Of a stretch of 64,000 nt of DNA, positions 26,777 to 37,783 are shown piece by piece (position 1 is the stretch's first letter; each line of letters opens with the position of its first letter). Position numbers and translations under genes: made by a program. This stretch comes from Eledone cirrhosa (lineage: Eukaryota). Under the pieces are notes generated by a model. It was not told the DNA's origin. It made no database searches and saw only the letters and a program-made list of their open reading frames with translations. The stretch lies in NCBI GenBank assembly GCA_964016885.1, contig OZ024741.1, positions 4,650,001-4,714,000 on the forward strand, in the 5' to 3' direction.

Positions 26777-27260
26777 CAGAAATAATGATTGTTGGTTTTT
26801 TTCAATAAACAAATAAGATTTAATATAATAGGTCTGTTTGGGAACAGGTTTTGAATTGACCAATAGAAAAGTAGTAAGTGGTCAAGTTGATAGAATAGTA
26901 GTAGTAGAAATTTAATTTAGGGGTAGAGGAATGCAGACTTAAGTTTTGAAAGGAAAGAATACTTTGAATGAAAAGATTACTTTGGGGATGAAAAGAGGTC
27001 AAGCCGGTGAAAGGTTCACGAAAATTTGATGTTATTAAAGAATAATGCTAATGTTAAAACCGAAGGAGAATAAAAATTTTAGGGTAAATGTGTTAGTGAG
27101 AAACACCAATCTTATTTAAAATACAAGGAATTTAGATCTATAACAAGAAATTAAATTAATTTAATTGATAGGTATACTTATAGGGATACATTTATATTAA
27201 TTCATATGGATGTGATAAATAAGAGTTAGATGTTATTAAAGAATGTTGTTAAAAAGTAAT

Positions 27261-28822
27261 CTATTCGACATTACTATGGGCTCTAGAGATTCTGCCCAAA
27301 TTACCGATCTTGTGGGCCTCTTTCTTCTTTCTTTTTCCCCACCTTAAAGGTGGTTATATCGTGATGATTGCCTTCTTTCCACTAACCTTAGCCTATCAGA
27401 AATTGAAAAAAATAAAAAACTTAGAACTTTCCTCAAAGACTATTATAGTCTCACTATTACATTTGAAAACACCAGTAAAGTAGTTAATTTCCTTGATATA
27501 ACTTTAGACTTATCTACGGGTATCTACCAACCTTACCACAAACCTAACCAAAACTTACATTACATACACTCACAATCCAATCACCCTAGATCTATCCTTA
27601 AAAACCTAGCATATAATATCTCACTCAGAATCCCTAACCTTTCATCTAACCAGGATGTATTCGATAAAAATGCAACCTTTTATAACGAAGCTTTAGCTAG
27701 AAGCGGCCACAAAAACAAATTAGTCTATATACCTTGTACCAATAATACTTCAAACATACAACCCAACATTACCAATAAACACCAAATGAAAAACACACAC
27801 CTAAATGCCACTCACACTATACCCCAAAATACCAACTTAAAACTTAATTTCTCTACCTCTTCTCACGTACAATATAATAACTTTCAAAAAAACCATTCAT
27901 CCTAATACTCCAATATACATTAATAACATTATTAACAAAATTCCTAATAATCAGACTAAAACACCTAAATCAGTTAATCTAACTAAACCTATATATAATA
28001 AATTCACTAATACTAACTCTCTTAGTAAACATCCTGATACATCGTATAAATATAAAAAACAACATCGAAACCATAATAGACGAGTTACTTGGTATAATGC
28101 TCCATTTAATCTACAAATTAAAGATAATATCCCTAAAAAATTTTTTACTATCCTAGAGAAAAACTTCCCGCCAAACCATAAATACCATCAAATTTTAAAT
28201 AGATCAACGCTCAAATTTTCCTACTCCACTACCAAATATATACAACAAAATATAAGTACCTACAATGCATATAAATGTAAAAAAAACCATGAATATACCA
28301 CCAACACATCAAACTAACCATAATACTAAAATAAACCGCAACAAACCACCATCTCCAAATTTGACTAACTCCCCTGATATAATATTCATGAATGGTTGTA
28401 ACTGTAGAAACAAAGGAAATTGCCCATTAAAAGGAAATTGTCTTATTAATAACATAGTGCTAATTTTACATTTATATACTAAGGACTCAACTTATTCATA
28501 TATAGGAGCTACTTCTAACCAATTAAAAGTAAGATTTAATACCCACAAACATAGTTTTAAAAATGCCGCATTAGCTAATACAACATCCTTAGCTGAAATA
28601 ATTAATAATTATAGAAAAAAGAATATTGATTACAACCTGACCTGGAGTGTGCTCAAAAGGGCCACCCCTTATCAAAATAACAGATATGAGTGTAGATTAT
28701 GTTCCCAGGAACTTTTTGAAATAATGAAATCTAAGGATATCCTATTAAATAAGCGACAAGAATTAATTATATCGTGCAATCATAGAATTAGAAGAACTTT
28801 CAAATATTATAAACCTAATTAA
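27261..28822 (+). pseudogene. Penelope-like RT (C-terminal half) plus GIY-YIG endonuclease, frameshifted; Naiad-like
   Basis: LFDITMGSRDSAQITDLVGL, LYRDD, VNFLDITLDL, YIHSQSNHP, WYNAPFN, then GCNCRNKGNCPLKGNC, YIGATS..KVRFNTH, CRLC..E, LLNKRQE..CNH. Confidence 0.92.
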
Positions 28823-29467
28823 TGTACACCTTACACTTATATTTTACAAATTATTATAATTAGTGTTTTTAATTTAGTTAACCTATAATTAGTATTTTAC
28901 TACTGAGAACTTCATAATTTTATTCCCTCTTACAGCTATCTTTTCCTAAAATTTATACCTAAAAGTATACATATAAACTATTTTAATTTCAGGTTATGAA
29001 TCTAGATTCCTTGTAGTCTATATAAGATTGTTATTTCTCACTACTACATTTATCCCAAAATCTTTTTTCCTTCGTTTTTAACAACATTCTTTAATAACAT
29101 CTAACTCTTATTTATCACATCCATATGAATTAATATAAATGTATCCCTATAAGTATACCTATCAATTAAATTAATTTAATTTCTTGTTATAGATCTAAAT
29201 TCCTCGTGTTTTAAATAAGATTGGTGTTTCTCACTAACACCTTTACCCTAACATTTTATTCTCCTTCGGTTTTAACATTAGCATTATTCTTTAATAACAT
29301 CAAATTTTCGTGTACCTTTCACCGGCTTGACCTATTTTCATCCCCAAAGTAATCTTTTCATTCAAAGTATTCTTTCCTTTCAAAACTTAAGTCTGCATTC
29401 CTCTACCCCTAAATTAAATTTCTACTACTACTATTCTATCAACTTGACCACTTACTACTTTTCTATT

Positions 29468-29778
29468 GGTTCAAATCCCGTCGAGGTTAACTTTGCCTTT
29501 CATCCTTATGGGGTCGATAAAATAAAGTACCAGTAATGTACTGGGTAATTGCTGGCCTTGTGCCTAAAGTATAAACAATTATTTCTGAAGTGAGGGCAGT
29601 GAATTGGCAGTATCGGTAGAGGGTTGGACATCATGCTTTCTAGCATAGTTACGTCCCTTTATGGTCTGAGTTCAAATCCCGTCGAGGTTAACTTTGCCTT
29701 TCATCCTTATGGGGTCGATAAAATAAAGTACCAGTAATGTACTGGGTAATTGCTGGCCTTGTGCCAAAAGTAGAAACA
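29468..29778 (+). mobile_element. Partial (29468-29577) plus full (29591-29778) Deu/Nin-type SINE in the right pLTR
   Basis: Full copy flanked by direct repeat ATTATTTCTGAAG (29578-29590, 29779-29791). Confidence 0.88.
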
Positions 29779-29912
29779 ATTATTTCTGAAGACAGCATAT
29801 ATATGTGTAGGTATGTATATTTCCTCTGATAGTTTGTAAAATTTTTACATAGATCTATATGATATACATACCAACACACACATATATATCCTAGAAACGA
29901 TCGTAAAATGAT
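29779..29912 (+). ncRNA. Type I hammerhead ribozyme motif (right pLTR copy)
   Basis: Stem I ATTATTT/AAATGAT; core CTGAAGA 29786-29792; stem II 29793-29893; GAAA 29894-29897; palindromic stem III ACGATCGT; GUA triplet 29903-29905. Confidence 0.75.
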
Positions 29913-29971
29913 GAATTTTTTAATATAAGGAACTTGTTCTTTGTTTTTATTCATTGTTTTTATTAATTTAA

Positions 29972-30032
<61 letters not shown>

Positions 30033-30127
30033 TAACAAATATTTTTATCACTCTACATTTCTGAATACAATAAATATAATCTGAGTATATATATATAATG
30101 TGTGTGTGTGTGTATATATATATATAT

Positions 30128-30467
30128 GGAGGCACATGGCTTAGTGGTTAGAGCATTGGCCTTGCAATCGAAAGGTTGTGAGTTCAATTCTCAGACCGGG
30201 TGATGTGTTGTTTCCTTGAGCAAGACACTTTATTTCAAATTGCTCCAGTTTACTCAGCTGTAGAAATGAGATGATAGGGACCCCAGTCCCTATCATTCCA
30301 CTGTAAAGTGGTCGTGGAGGTGCCACGGCAAAAAAGCACCCAGCACTCACTGTAAATGAGGTTGGTGTTAGGAAGGGCATCCAGCTGTAGAAATCAAGCC
30401 AGAATCAGTTCCCGTCCCACCCTTGCAAGCAGGGAAAAGTGGACGTAAAATGAAAAGATGATGATGA
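30128..30467 (+). mobile_element. tRNA-derived SINE with RTE-like (GAT)n tail
   Basis: A box TGGCTTAGTGGTTAGAGC, B box GAGTTCAATTCTC, TCCTTGAGCAAGACACTT central motif, tail GGAAAAGTGGACGTAAAATG..GATGATGATG. Confidence 0.88.
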
Positions 30468-30589
30468 AATGATAGAAAAGCTGATTTCTCACGAATGAAA
30501 CAGTTCTAGTCCTGTAGAAGCTTTTCTATATTAAAACATTTATAGTTACTGTGGTTACCCCTAATTGAACACGGAATAACATATATATA

Positions 30590-31162
30590 TATTGAAAGAC
30601 GACGGCTGTATGAAAAAGTGCAGGGCGATAAAAATAGACGGTAGCCACGGAGTAGGCAGACCCAGAAAACCTGGGACGACTTGATAAATTTCGACCTCAC
30701 ACACTTACACCTCTCCAAGACAATGTCACTGGACCGAGATCTTTGGCGCTACACAGTAATACAGAAGACCCGCCTTGCCTAAGTACAAAGCGAAACCCAC
30801 AGTCAGTAGGCATCTCTAACAAAAATACACCCCGTCCCCCTACCCCGACCCCATCCACACCACCCCTTTCAATGTAAAGTTATATTGGTACCACAACATC
30901 CAGACCGAAACAAATGAGGTTGTGTAGGTGTCACGACAAAAAAAATACACAGTCCACACTGTAATATGGCCGTGTAGGAAACATGGTAAAAACCTCCCAG
31001 TCCACACTGTAAACGTGGTTGGTGTTAGGAAGGGCATCCAGCCGTAGAAAACCTGCCAGACAGTTCTATATGAGCAAGTCAACAAATCTTACCTCAAGTG
31101 GGAAAATTCCCGTCCAAACTATGCAAGCGTGGAAGATGGACGTTAAACGATGATGATGATGA
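30590..31162 (+). mobile_element. RTE LINE 3' end plus 3' UTR-like segment with (GAT)n tail; 30913-31162 is repeated at 31539-31781
   Basis: CMKKCRAIKIDGSHGVGRP..KTWDDLINFDL..DRDLWRYTV translation; the direct repeat is visible in the DNA and the ORF track. Confidence 0.75.
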
Positions 31163-31226
31163 TATATATTAGAAAGTGAGGTTTTTTTGCAAAATTAAAA
31201 AAAAACCAGGTGTCCTATACGAGTGA

Positions 31227-31516
31227 AAGTATAAGGAAAAAAAATGAAATCGAAAATGCAACTGGAGTCTTTTTTTAAAAAATATATATCTATTTGGTTC
31301 CTTTACTGGTTTTGCAGTTCTTCTGCTTTTCAAAAGTAGAATTGAGATGGAGGGTTTGTGGTTTTGTTCACATCTGAGAAAAACCACAAACCCTCCATCT
31401 CAATTCTACTTTTGAAAAGCAGAAGAACTACGAAACTGGTAAAGGAACCAAATAAATATATATTTAAAAAAAAAAAGACTCCAGTTACATTTTCGATTTC
31501 ATCTTTTTTCCTTATA
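31227..31516. repeat. Fold-back palindrome (arms about 138 bp) with a degenerate hammerhead in each arm
   Basis: TATAAGGAAAAAA...TTTGTGGTTTT / AAAACCACAAA...TTTTTTCCTTATA. Confidence 0.92.
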
Positions 31517-32213
31517 TATATATATATAATGTATATATAATGAGGTTGTGTAGGTGTCATGACAAAAGAAACACACAGTCCACGCTGTAATGTGGCCGTG
31601 TAGGTAACACAGTAAAAACCTCCCAGTCCACACTGTAAATGTGGTTGGTGTTAGGAAGGGCATCCAGCCGTAGAAAACCTGCCAGATAGTCCTATACGAG
31701 CAAGACAATCAATCTTGCCTCACGTGGGACAATTCCCATCTAAACCCATGCTAGCGTGGAAGATAGACGTTAAACGATGATGGTGGTGGTGTATATATAT
31801 AGGAAACATTTATTGTTTAGGAAAAATCAGTTTTGGGAGTTTGGCATTAGTCAAAGAATTTAATGAAAAGTGGAAAAATGACTGTCAATATAACATCAAT
31901 ATGTGGGTAACAAATGTGTTATGTTTATAAACCTATTAATTTATAGTGTTGGTTGTATATTATTAATGTAGGTGAAGCCTGTAGTTGTGAAGTCACCAGT
32001 CTATCATTATTGTTAAGTAGCTCTATTTAGCAGAACAATTGTTATATTTGACAAACAAACACTCAATAAAATCCAAACACTTCATCCTGCAACAATTGCT
32101 GTAAACTTGACACACAAAAGTTTTATACATCAATTAATTTTGGTAAATTTTTATTCTAAATTGTCTAAAATAAAGTGCCATTTATAATTCTTTTTTTAAT
32201 TTATATATTTCAG

Positions 32214-32242
32214 GTTGCTGGATATTACTGTGATAGTGACAA
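32214..32242 (+). CDS. 29-nt micro-exon of a VOPP1/WBP1-like gene (VAGYYCDSDK)
   Basis: T-rich tract plus TTTCAG acceptor, GTAAGT donor; splices in frame (phase 2) to 32992. Confidence 0.8.
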
Positions 32243-32402
32243 GTAAGTAGACATAATTATCATAATTAATCAGATTTAATTGATTCCTGGTTTTGCTTCC
32301 ATTTCTGGAATCTCTCCTCTAATTCTTCGAAAGATTCTGCTTCGAGAAGTAGGTTATCAGCATACAGAAATACTCATGAACAGCCAGTCTTATAGTCTAG
32401 GG

Positions 32403-32562
32403 CAGGGTTTCCCAAACTTTTTCAAACACGGAACCCTTTTTGGCTCAGAAACTTTTGGAGGAACCTCATACTGTTATATGGTCATATTATAAATATACCA
32501 CTCTACCATTTTTTCACGGAACCCCAGACACTTGTTTGCGGAACCCACTTTGGGAACTGCTG
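32403..32562. mobile_element. hAT (Charlie-like) MITE
   Basis: TIR CAGGGTTTCCCAAA / TTTGGGAACTGCTG; 8-bp TSD GTCTAGGG at 32395-32402 and 32563-32570. Confidence 0.92.
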
Positions 32563-32991
32563 GTCTAGGGGATTATAATAAACAGGAGGGGTGTGAGTTC
32601 CAAGGACCCTAGGGTTCCACAAAGATTCTGGGTTCCACAAGATAAGATATCTTTTAATAAAATGTAATGAAAATTTATTCCTTTTTTTTATATGAATAAA
32701 TTCTCTATCTCAAACGAATTTTATATCATTTAATGTTTTAACAACAATATTTCCTCAGCACATTCACTCAGACGATAATCATGTCTGGATAAACTATTGG
32801 TACAATGTGTTATGGAACTTTCAGTTGCTTACTCAGATTGGTGGTCAGCTACCTATCAGAGGTCGTGTATGTCTTTAGTTTTAGTATGGACATGGTTTAT
32901 CTCCAGTATTATCAAAGATAAAAGTTATAATGATATAATCAAAATATCTAATTCTCTTCCCAAACTAATATGTTGATTCTCTGTCTTTCAG

Positions 32992-33069
32992 ATGTGGTGA
33001 TGATGAGTATTGCTGTGGTTACAATATTTGCTGCAAATCTTACAAAGTCTGGGAACTTTGGTACTTCTG
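32992..33069 (+). CDS. Exon of a VOPP1/WBP1-like gene: [26 protein letters not shown]
   Basis: CTTTCAG acceptor, GTAATA donor; C..C..CC....CC followed by LWYFW is the VOPP1/WBP1 (Shisa-like) signature. Confidence 0.88.
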
Positions 33070-33399
33070 GTAATATACAGTAAACATTTATTACATTTCA
33101 ATCTTTAAGTAGATAGGTATCTATGTATGCTAAGAGGACAGGGGAAGGAGGGTACTGGCCATGCAGTAACCTTCGACTGAAAGAAAGTGATGTTCAAACG
33201 AGTATCCTCCACTTCCAACTATCTTACCCTCCACCACTTGGTCCCGGCCAACAGGATGGAGAATATATTGCCCCAGAGAATGGCAAGAGGGATGCTCTGG
33301 AACAGCCAGTCCACCTTGCAGGGCTCACACTTGCGGGTGGCCATCTCTGCTACAATAGCAACAAATAACTTATTAGTTTTGAGTGTGTGTGAGAGAGAG

Positions 33400-34260
33400 A
33401 GAGAATCGAAAGGCCTAAAAATGTACTTAGCAACGACTAAAGTACTGATAAATAAGAAGACAGGAACTTTGTTGTCAGAGAAGTGGCCTTGCTCTATTTG
33501 TTGAAGAAGAGTGGGCAGAAATGTTATAAGATGTACACTGTTTAACCTATGGATGTACAAGAGATGTAGTGAGGTTACAGGTAGGTTAACAGAGAAGATA
33601 GACTTTGTATGTGGTAAATATACAGGTGTGGTAGTGAGGTTACAGGTAGGTTAACAGAGAAGATAGACTTTGTATGTGGTAAATATACAGGTGGGGTAGT
33701 GAGGTTACAGGTAGGTTAACAGAGAAGATAGACTTTGTATGTGGTAAATATACAGGTGTGGTAGTGAGGTTACAGGTAGGTTAACAGAGAAGATAGACTT
33801 TGTATGTGGTAAATATACAGGTGTGGTAGTGAGGTTACAGGTAGGTTAACAGAGAAGATAGACTTTGTATGTGGTAAATATACAGGTGGGGTAGTGAGGT
33901 TACAGGTAGGTTAACAGAGAAGATAGACTTTGTATGTGGCAGATATACAGGTGTGGTAGGGAGCACTAAGTAAGAGTGTATGTGAAATAGATTGTTTCAA
34001 TTATCTGGGAGGCTTCCTAGAAGTTGTTGACAGTTTTTGTTAGCTAGGTGACCTAATCAACAGTTGGGGACGATGCTCTGAAAGTGTGGTAGCTCGAATA
34101 AGAACAGGATGGAAGAAATATAAAGAACTAACAGCCTTGCTGACGACAAACGGATTCTCTCAGAGTGACGGGTAGACTGTATGATGCCTGCATAGGAACT
34201 GTAATGCTACAAGACAGTGAGTTATTGGCCTTGACTGTAGGACTTGTTAAGGCATGAAAG
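33400..34260 (+). mobile_element. RTE LINE fragment with a Cys-rich (PHD-like) insert after the RT core
   Basis: ESKGLK..TKVL, KWPCSIC*RRVGRNVIRC..W.YKRCSEVTGRL..DFVC, LEVVDSFC*LGD, ARIRTGWKKYKEL, GRLYDACI. Confidence 0.85.
33566..33955 (+). repeat. Six near-identical 65-bp tandem copies inside the LINE
   Basis: Units start 33566, 33631, 33696, 33761, 33826, 33891. Confidence 0.97.
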
Positions 34261-34884
34261 AAAATCGGATAAAACAGAAAGAGAGAGTGAAAAATAAACC
34301 ATGTGTAGTTGAAAGCCAAGAGATTACATATTGTATCAATAATATGTTAACATTGAAAAATATATATATAAGCAGGTTTTTATGTGGCCGTGGGAACTGC
34401 TAAAAATAATAGCCAAATCTCTCTCAAATTGCATTTAACCATCTTTAAAAAGAAAAGAGAACAACATATTAGATTATATAGCCTTAGATTAACTATATAT
34501 GCTCCTCTTTCCCTATCAATTCTGTGGGCCAATACACTTCTAGCTGTTTGTTCCTGTCCTTTGAGGTAAGATTTTATTCGACGCTGTCATTGACGTCATT
34601 TTGCTGTTTTTGCAGCTATCTTTGCATTGAGTTTTTCTCATTATTCTATGAATTCTAATACACTCACGTCTCAACTTGATCTTTGAGAAAATTTTGTTTA
34701 TATGAAACGATGGTTATTCATGGCTAGAATATTTTTGATCATAGGTCTACATCGTTATGACTGGCCTGGAGCTAAAACAACGACTTCCAATTCCTTTTAT
34801 AAGTTTATTGGCAGATTTGACTGAATGTTGGTAACACATACAAACATGTCTCTCTCCTATTTCCTACCTTGTCACATCTTATAA

Positions 34885-35100
34885 TAAGGCTTTCTAATGT
34901 AGGCAACAAAACCTGCAGTTTTGGTGTGAGGGTAATGCTAATTGAATCAACCCCAGTACTTTACTGGTACTTAAATTTATCAATCCCAGAAGGATAAAAG
35001 GCAAAGTTGACCCAAAAAAGATTTGAACACAGAATGTAAAGAGCCAGAACAAATACCACAGAGAATTTTGTCTGATGCTCTACCAATTCTCACAATCCTC
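34885..35100 (-). mobile_element. Deu/Nin-type SINE copy
   Basis: ATCAATCCCAGAAGGATAAAAGGCAAAGTTGAC...GATTTGAACACAGAATGTAAAGAG. Confidence 0.72.
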
Positions 35101-35500
35101 CTCCCCACGTAATATTTATTTGTATCAAAGTGAGCCTTTTATAAACCTTTAATCCATTCGAGGTCAATAAATAAAGTACCAGTTTTGTACTGGGGTCAAT
35201 TCTTCCTCTATATCTCTTTCTCACTTCTATTTTTTCACCCTTTCTCCTTATCTGGAAGAAGTCTGCAGTATTCAGACCTGGAGAGAAGATAGGCTCTGCC
35301 AGGATTAAAATGCCTTAAGAAATGCCATATGTCACTGTGGTGCCCTTGTCACTCCTCATGAGTTAAAGGACTTTATGTATAATTAAGGGGGTACACTGTT
35401 TTGAGATATAAACTATTAAAACTTCAACCTGTAATCTTTCAATGTGGCTCAATCTCACTATTAACAATATTGAAATTCCAAAATTTGCTAAAAAGAATGT

Positions 35501-35652
35501 GCACACACACATACACCCATACACATACACTCATATACACACACATACACTCATATACACACACATACACTCATACACATACTCATATACACACACATAC
35601 ACTTACACATACATTCATATACACACACATACACTCATACACACACACACAC
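35501..35652. repeat. (CA)/(CATA) compound microsatellite
   Basis: Direct inspection. Confidence 0.95.
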
Positions 35653-35761
35653 AGAGCTGAAAACCTGGATGTATGGTAGATAATAAATTATTTTGTTGTT
35701 TATGTTGTTGTTAAAATGGAGGTTATTTAGATTAATTTCCAATGATATCTGGTATAACCTT

Positions 35762-35872
35762 CACTGTACAACTCTAGTACTACAGTAATACTACAGTAGT
35801 ACTACTGTAGTACTACAGTACTATTACAGTAGTACTACTGTAGTACAACTGTACATCTGTAGTACTACTGTA
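35762..35872. repeat. Palindromic low-complexity tract of TACTACAG / CTGTAGTA words
   Basis: For example TACTACAGTAGTACTACTGTAGTA is self-complementary. Confidence 0.85.
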
Positions 35873-37572
35873 GAACACTCTCACCCACCCACATAGACAC
35901 CCTAGTGATAATTGAAACTAATCTATATATCTTATATAATCTATTAGTCCTGGCATTAGTCTTAAGTGAATTAGACATTTCTTGTGATCTGTTACCATAG
36001 TTACCACTCTTGAAGAACATCTTGTCATCTGTTACCATAGTAACCACTCTTATATTGAGTCTACACACATTTCTGTTACCTTTCTTCTCTCTCCTCCTCC
36101 TCATCATCATCCTTGTCTTCCTCCTTAGCTCCCTTTTCCCCTCCTATTCTTCCTGTTCCCCCACCCCCATAACTCCACCTTTATTACCTTCTATTACCAA
36201 TTTATTAGTTCCACCAAGTAATCTTATTTTCTTTGACCCATTGATTTTCCTTGTCTTGCTAATCTCAATCACTACTGGATTACTTTATTGATCTCCACAA
36301 TAGAGTTACAAGATGGCATCAAACTGGCAGTCAGCAGAACAACACAGAGATCTTTCTAGCATATCCTCCAGCTCTCTCTTTCTTAATTCAAATCCTGCTA
36401 CAGTCAACTTACCCTCCATACTTTCTAGGTTCATTAAAAATAACGAATCAGTCCAGTACTAGCTTTAATTCTTCCTCTATACCCCTCCTCTCTCTCTCTC
36501 TCAAAGAAATGTGCCATGTGCAGACCTGGAGAGGGGATGGGCTCCACAAGGTTTAAAGAGCCCAAGACAGCTGCCCTCCAACAGGAGTTACAGGTTCATA
36601 CATGTAACATCCATTATTTTCATACACACATATTGTCCTCACCACCAACACACCTCACTGCCCCACACACCACCTACTGCCCCACATGTCTCACCACCCC
36701 CAATCCTCACCTCACCCCATCCCCACATTTTGCTTACATATATTCCTACTGAGCATATTTTATCGTGGCACCTGTACTAGGTAGGTTGTCATGTCTTGGG
36801 TACAGCTGAAGCATTCTTCTGACCCTTGGTTTGGCAAGCTGGATGCTCTTCATATCACCAACCACTTTACAGAGTGTACTGAGTGTATTTCTCTTGTAGA
36901 TGGCCACCATTAGGAAAGTTGTCAGACAGCCAACACAATTGATAAATCCTTTCAACCCTTTTGGTATGGTTTCTACTACAGGATCCCCGTAAAACAAAAT
37001 TATTATTGTGTTTATGTTTGACTAGGAGTATTGTAGCTGTTTGGATACCCTAACTCCAGCTCCTGGATCTGTTTTGTGAGATCAGTATTGTGTTACATTC
37101 ATCGTCCTTGGGAGAATTATTTGGTTGTTATTTCTAGCAGGTCAAGTGACCTGCTAGAGATTTCTATTGGTGGCTTGTCATAAATTTTGTGAGATAAGCT
37201 ATACAAGTTCTTAGAGGAACATATGACATTAATATGAATGAAACATGTAGCTAATCTTTTTATTCCAGTTAGTAACCTAGAAACAAACACTAAATATGGT
37301 TTAAAGTTGTTCTACTTTACTATTGCTACTATCTTATCAATGTTAGAGAGTTGAAGTGAAATAGTCAGCAACTGGTTACTAAATAACCTCAAATGTGACA
37401 TTTCACTATTTATAAGTTTTATAAGTGAACAACTAGAAGAAACTGTGCAGACATTGCTGTGTGCTTAAGAAATTTAGTTGACAACCATGTGGCTTTATGT
37501 TCTCATGTCACCTTAATGCCTTCAATTGAGTGAATTGACAACCATGTGGCTTCATGTTCAGTCTTACCTTAA

Positions 37573-37783
37573 CCCTTTAGCATTTACCTTACTCTCTATA
37601 TACTATTGTATTTCTGTGGTAAATGCTTTATCTTACATAATTATCTCACATAATATTGAATCTATGAGATTTTGATATTATTTATTTTGAGAACAATACC
37701 TTAACATCAGTATGAGTGGCCTGTTACGGCCAGTTTGAACAGAAAAAAGTGAGAGAATTCTGGCCGGATTAAATGCTAAAGGG
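37573..37783. mobile_element. piggyBac-type MITE with perfect TIRs and TTAA TSD
   Basis: TTAA CCCTTTAGCATTTA ... TAAATGCTAAAGGG TTAA. Confidence 0.93.

Larger units (their letters stand above)
26275..29975 (+). mobile_element. Penelope-like element, 5'-truncated, with inverted pseudo-LTRs, between (TA)n tracts
   Basis: RT remnant and GIY-YIG in the centre; 26405-27255 is the reverse complement of 29076-29968 apart from SINE differences and a deletion at about 29470. Confidence 0.9.

Noticed and set aside
28390-28445. Selenocysteine recoding reported for some Naiad PLEs
   Set aside because: The CNC..C..C cysteines here are TGT/TGC; there is no in-frame TGA in the GIY-YIG ORF
30128-30200. tRNA gene
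   Set aside because: tRNA-like head continues into SINE body and tail, is multi-copy, and lacks a complete acceptor stem
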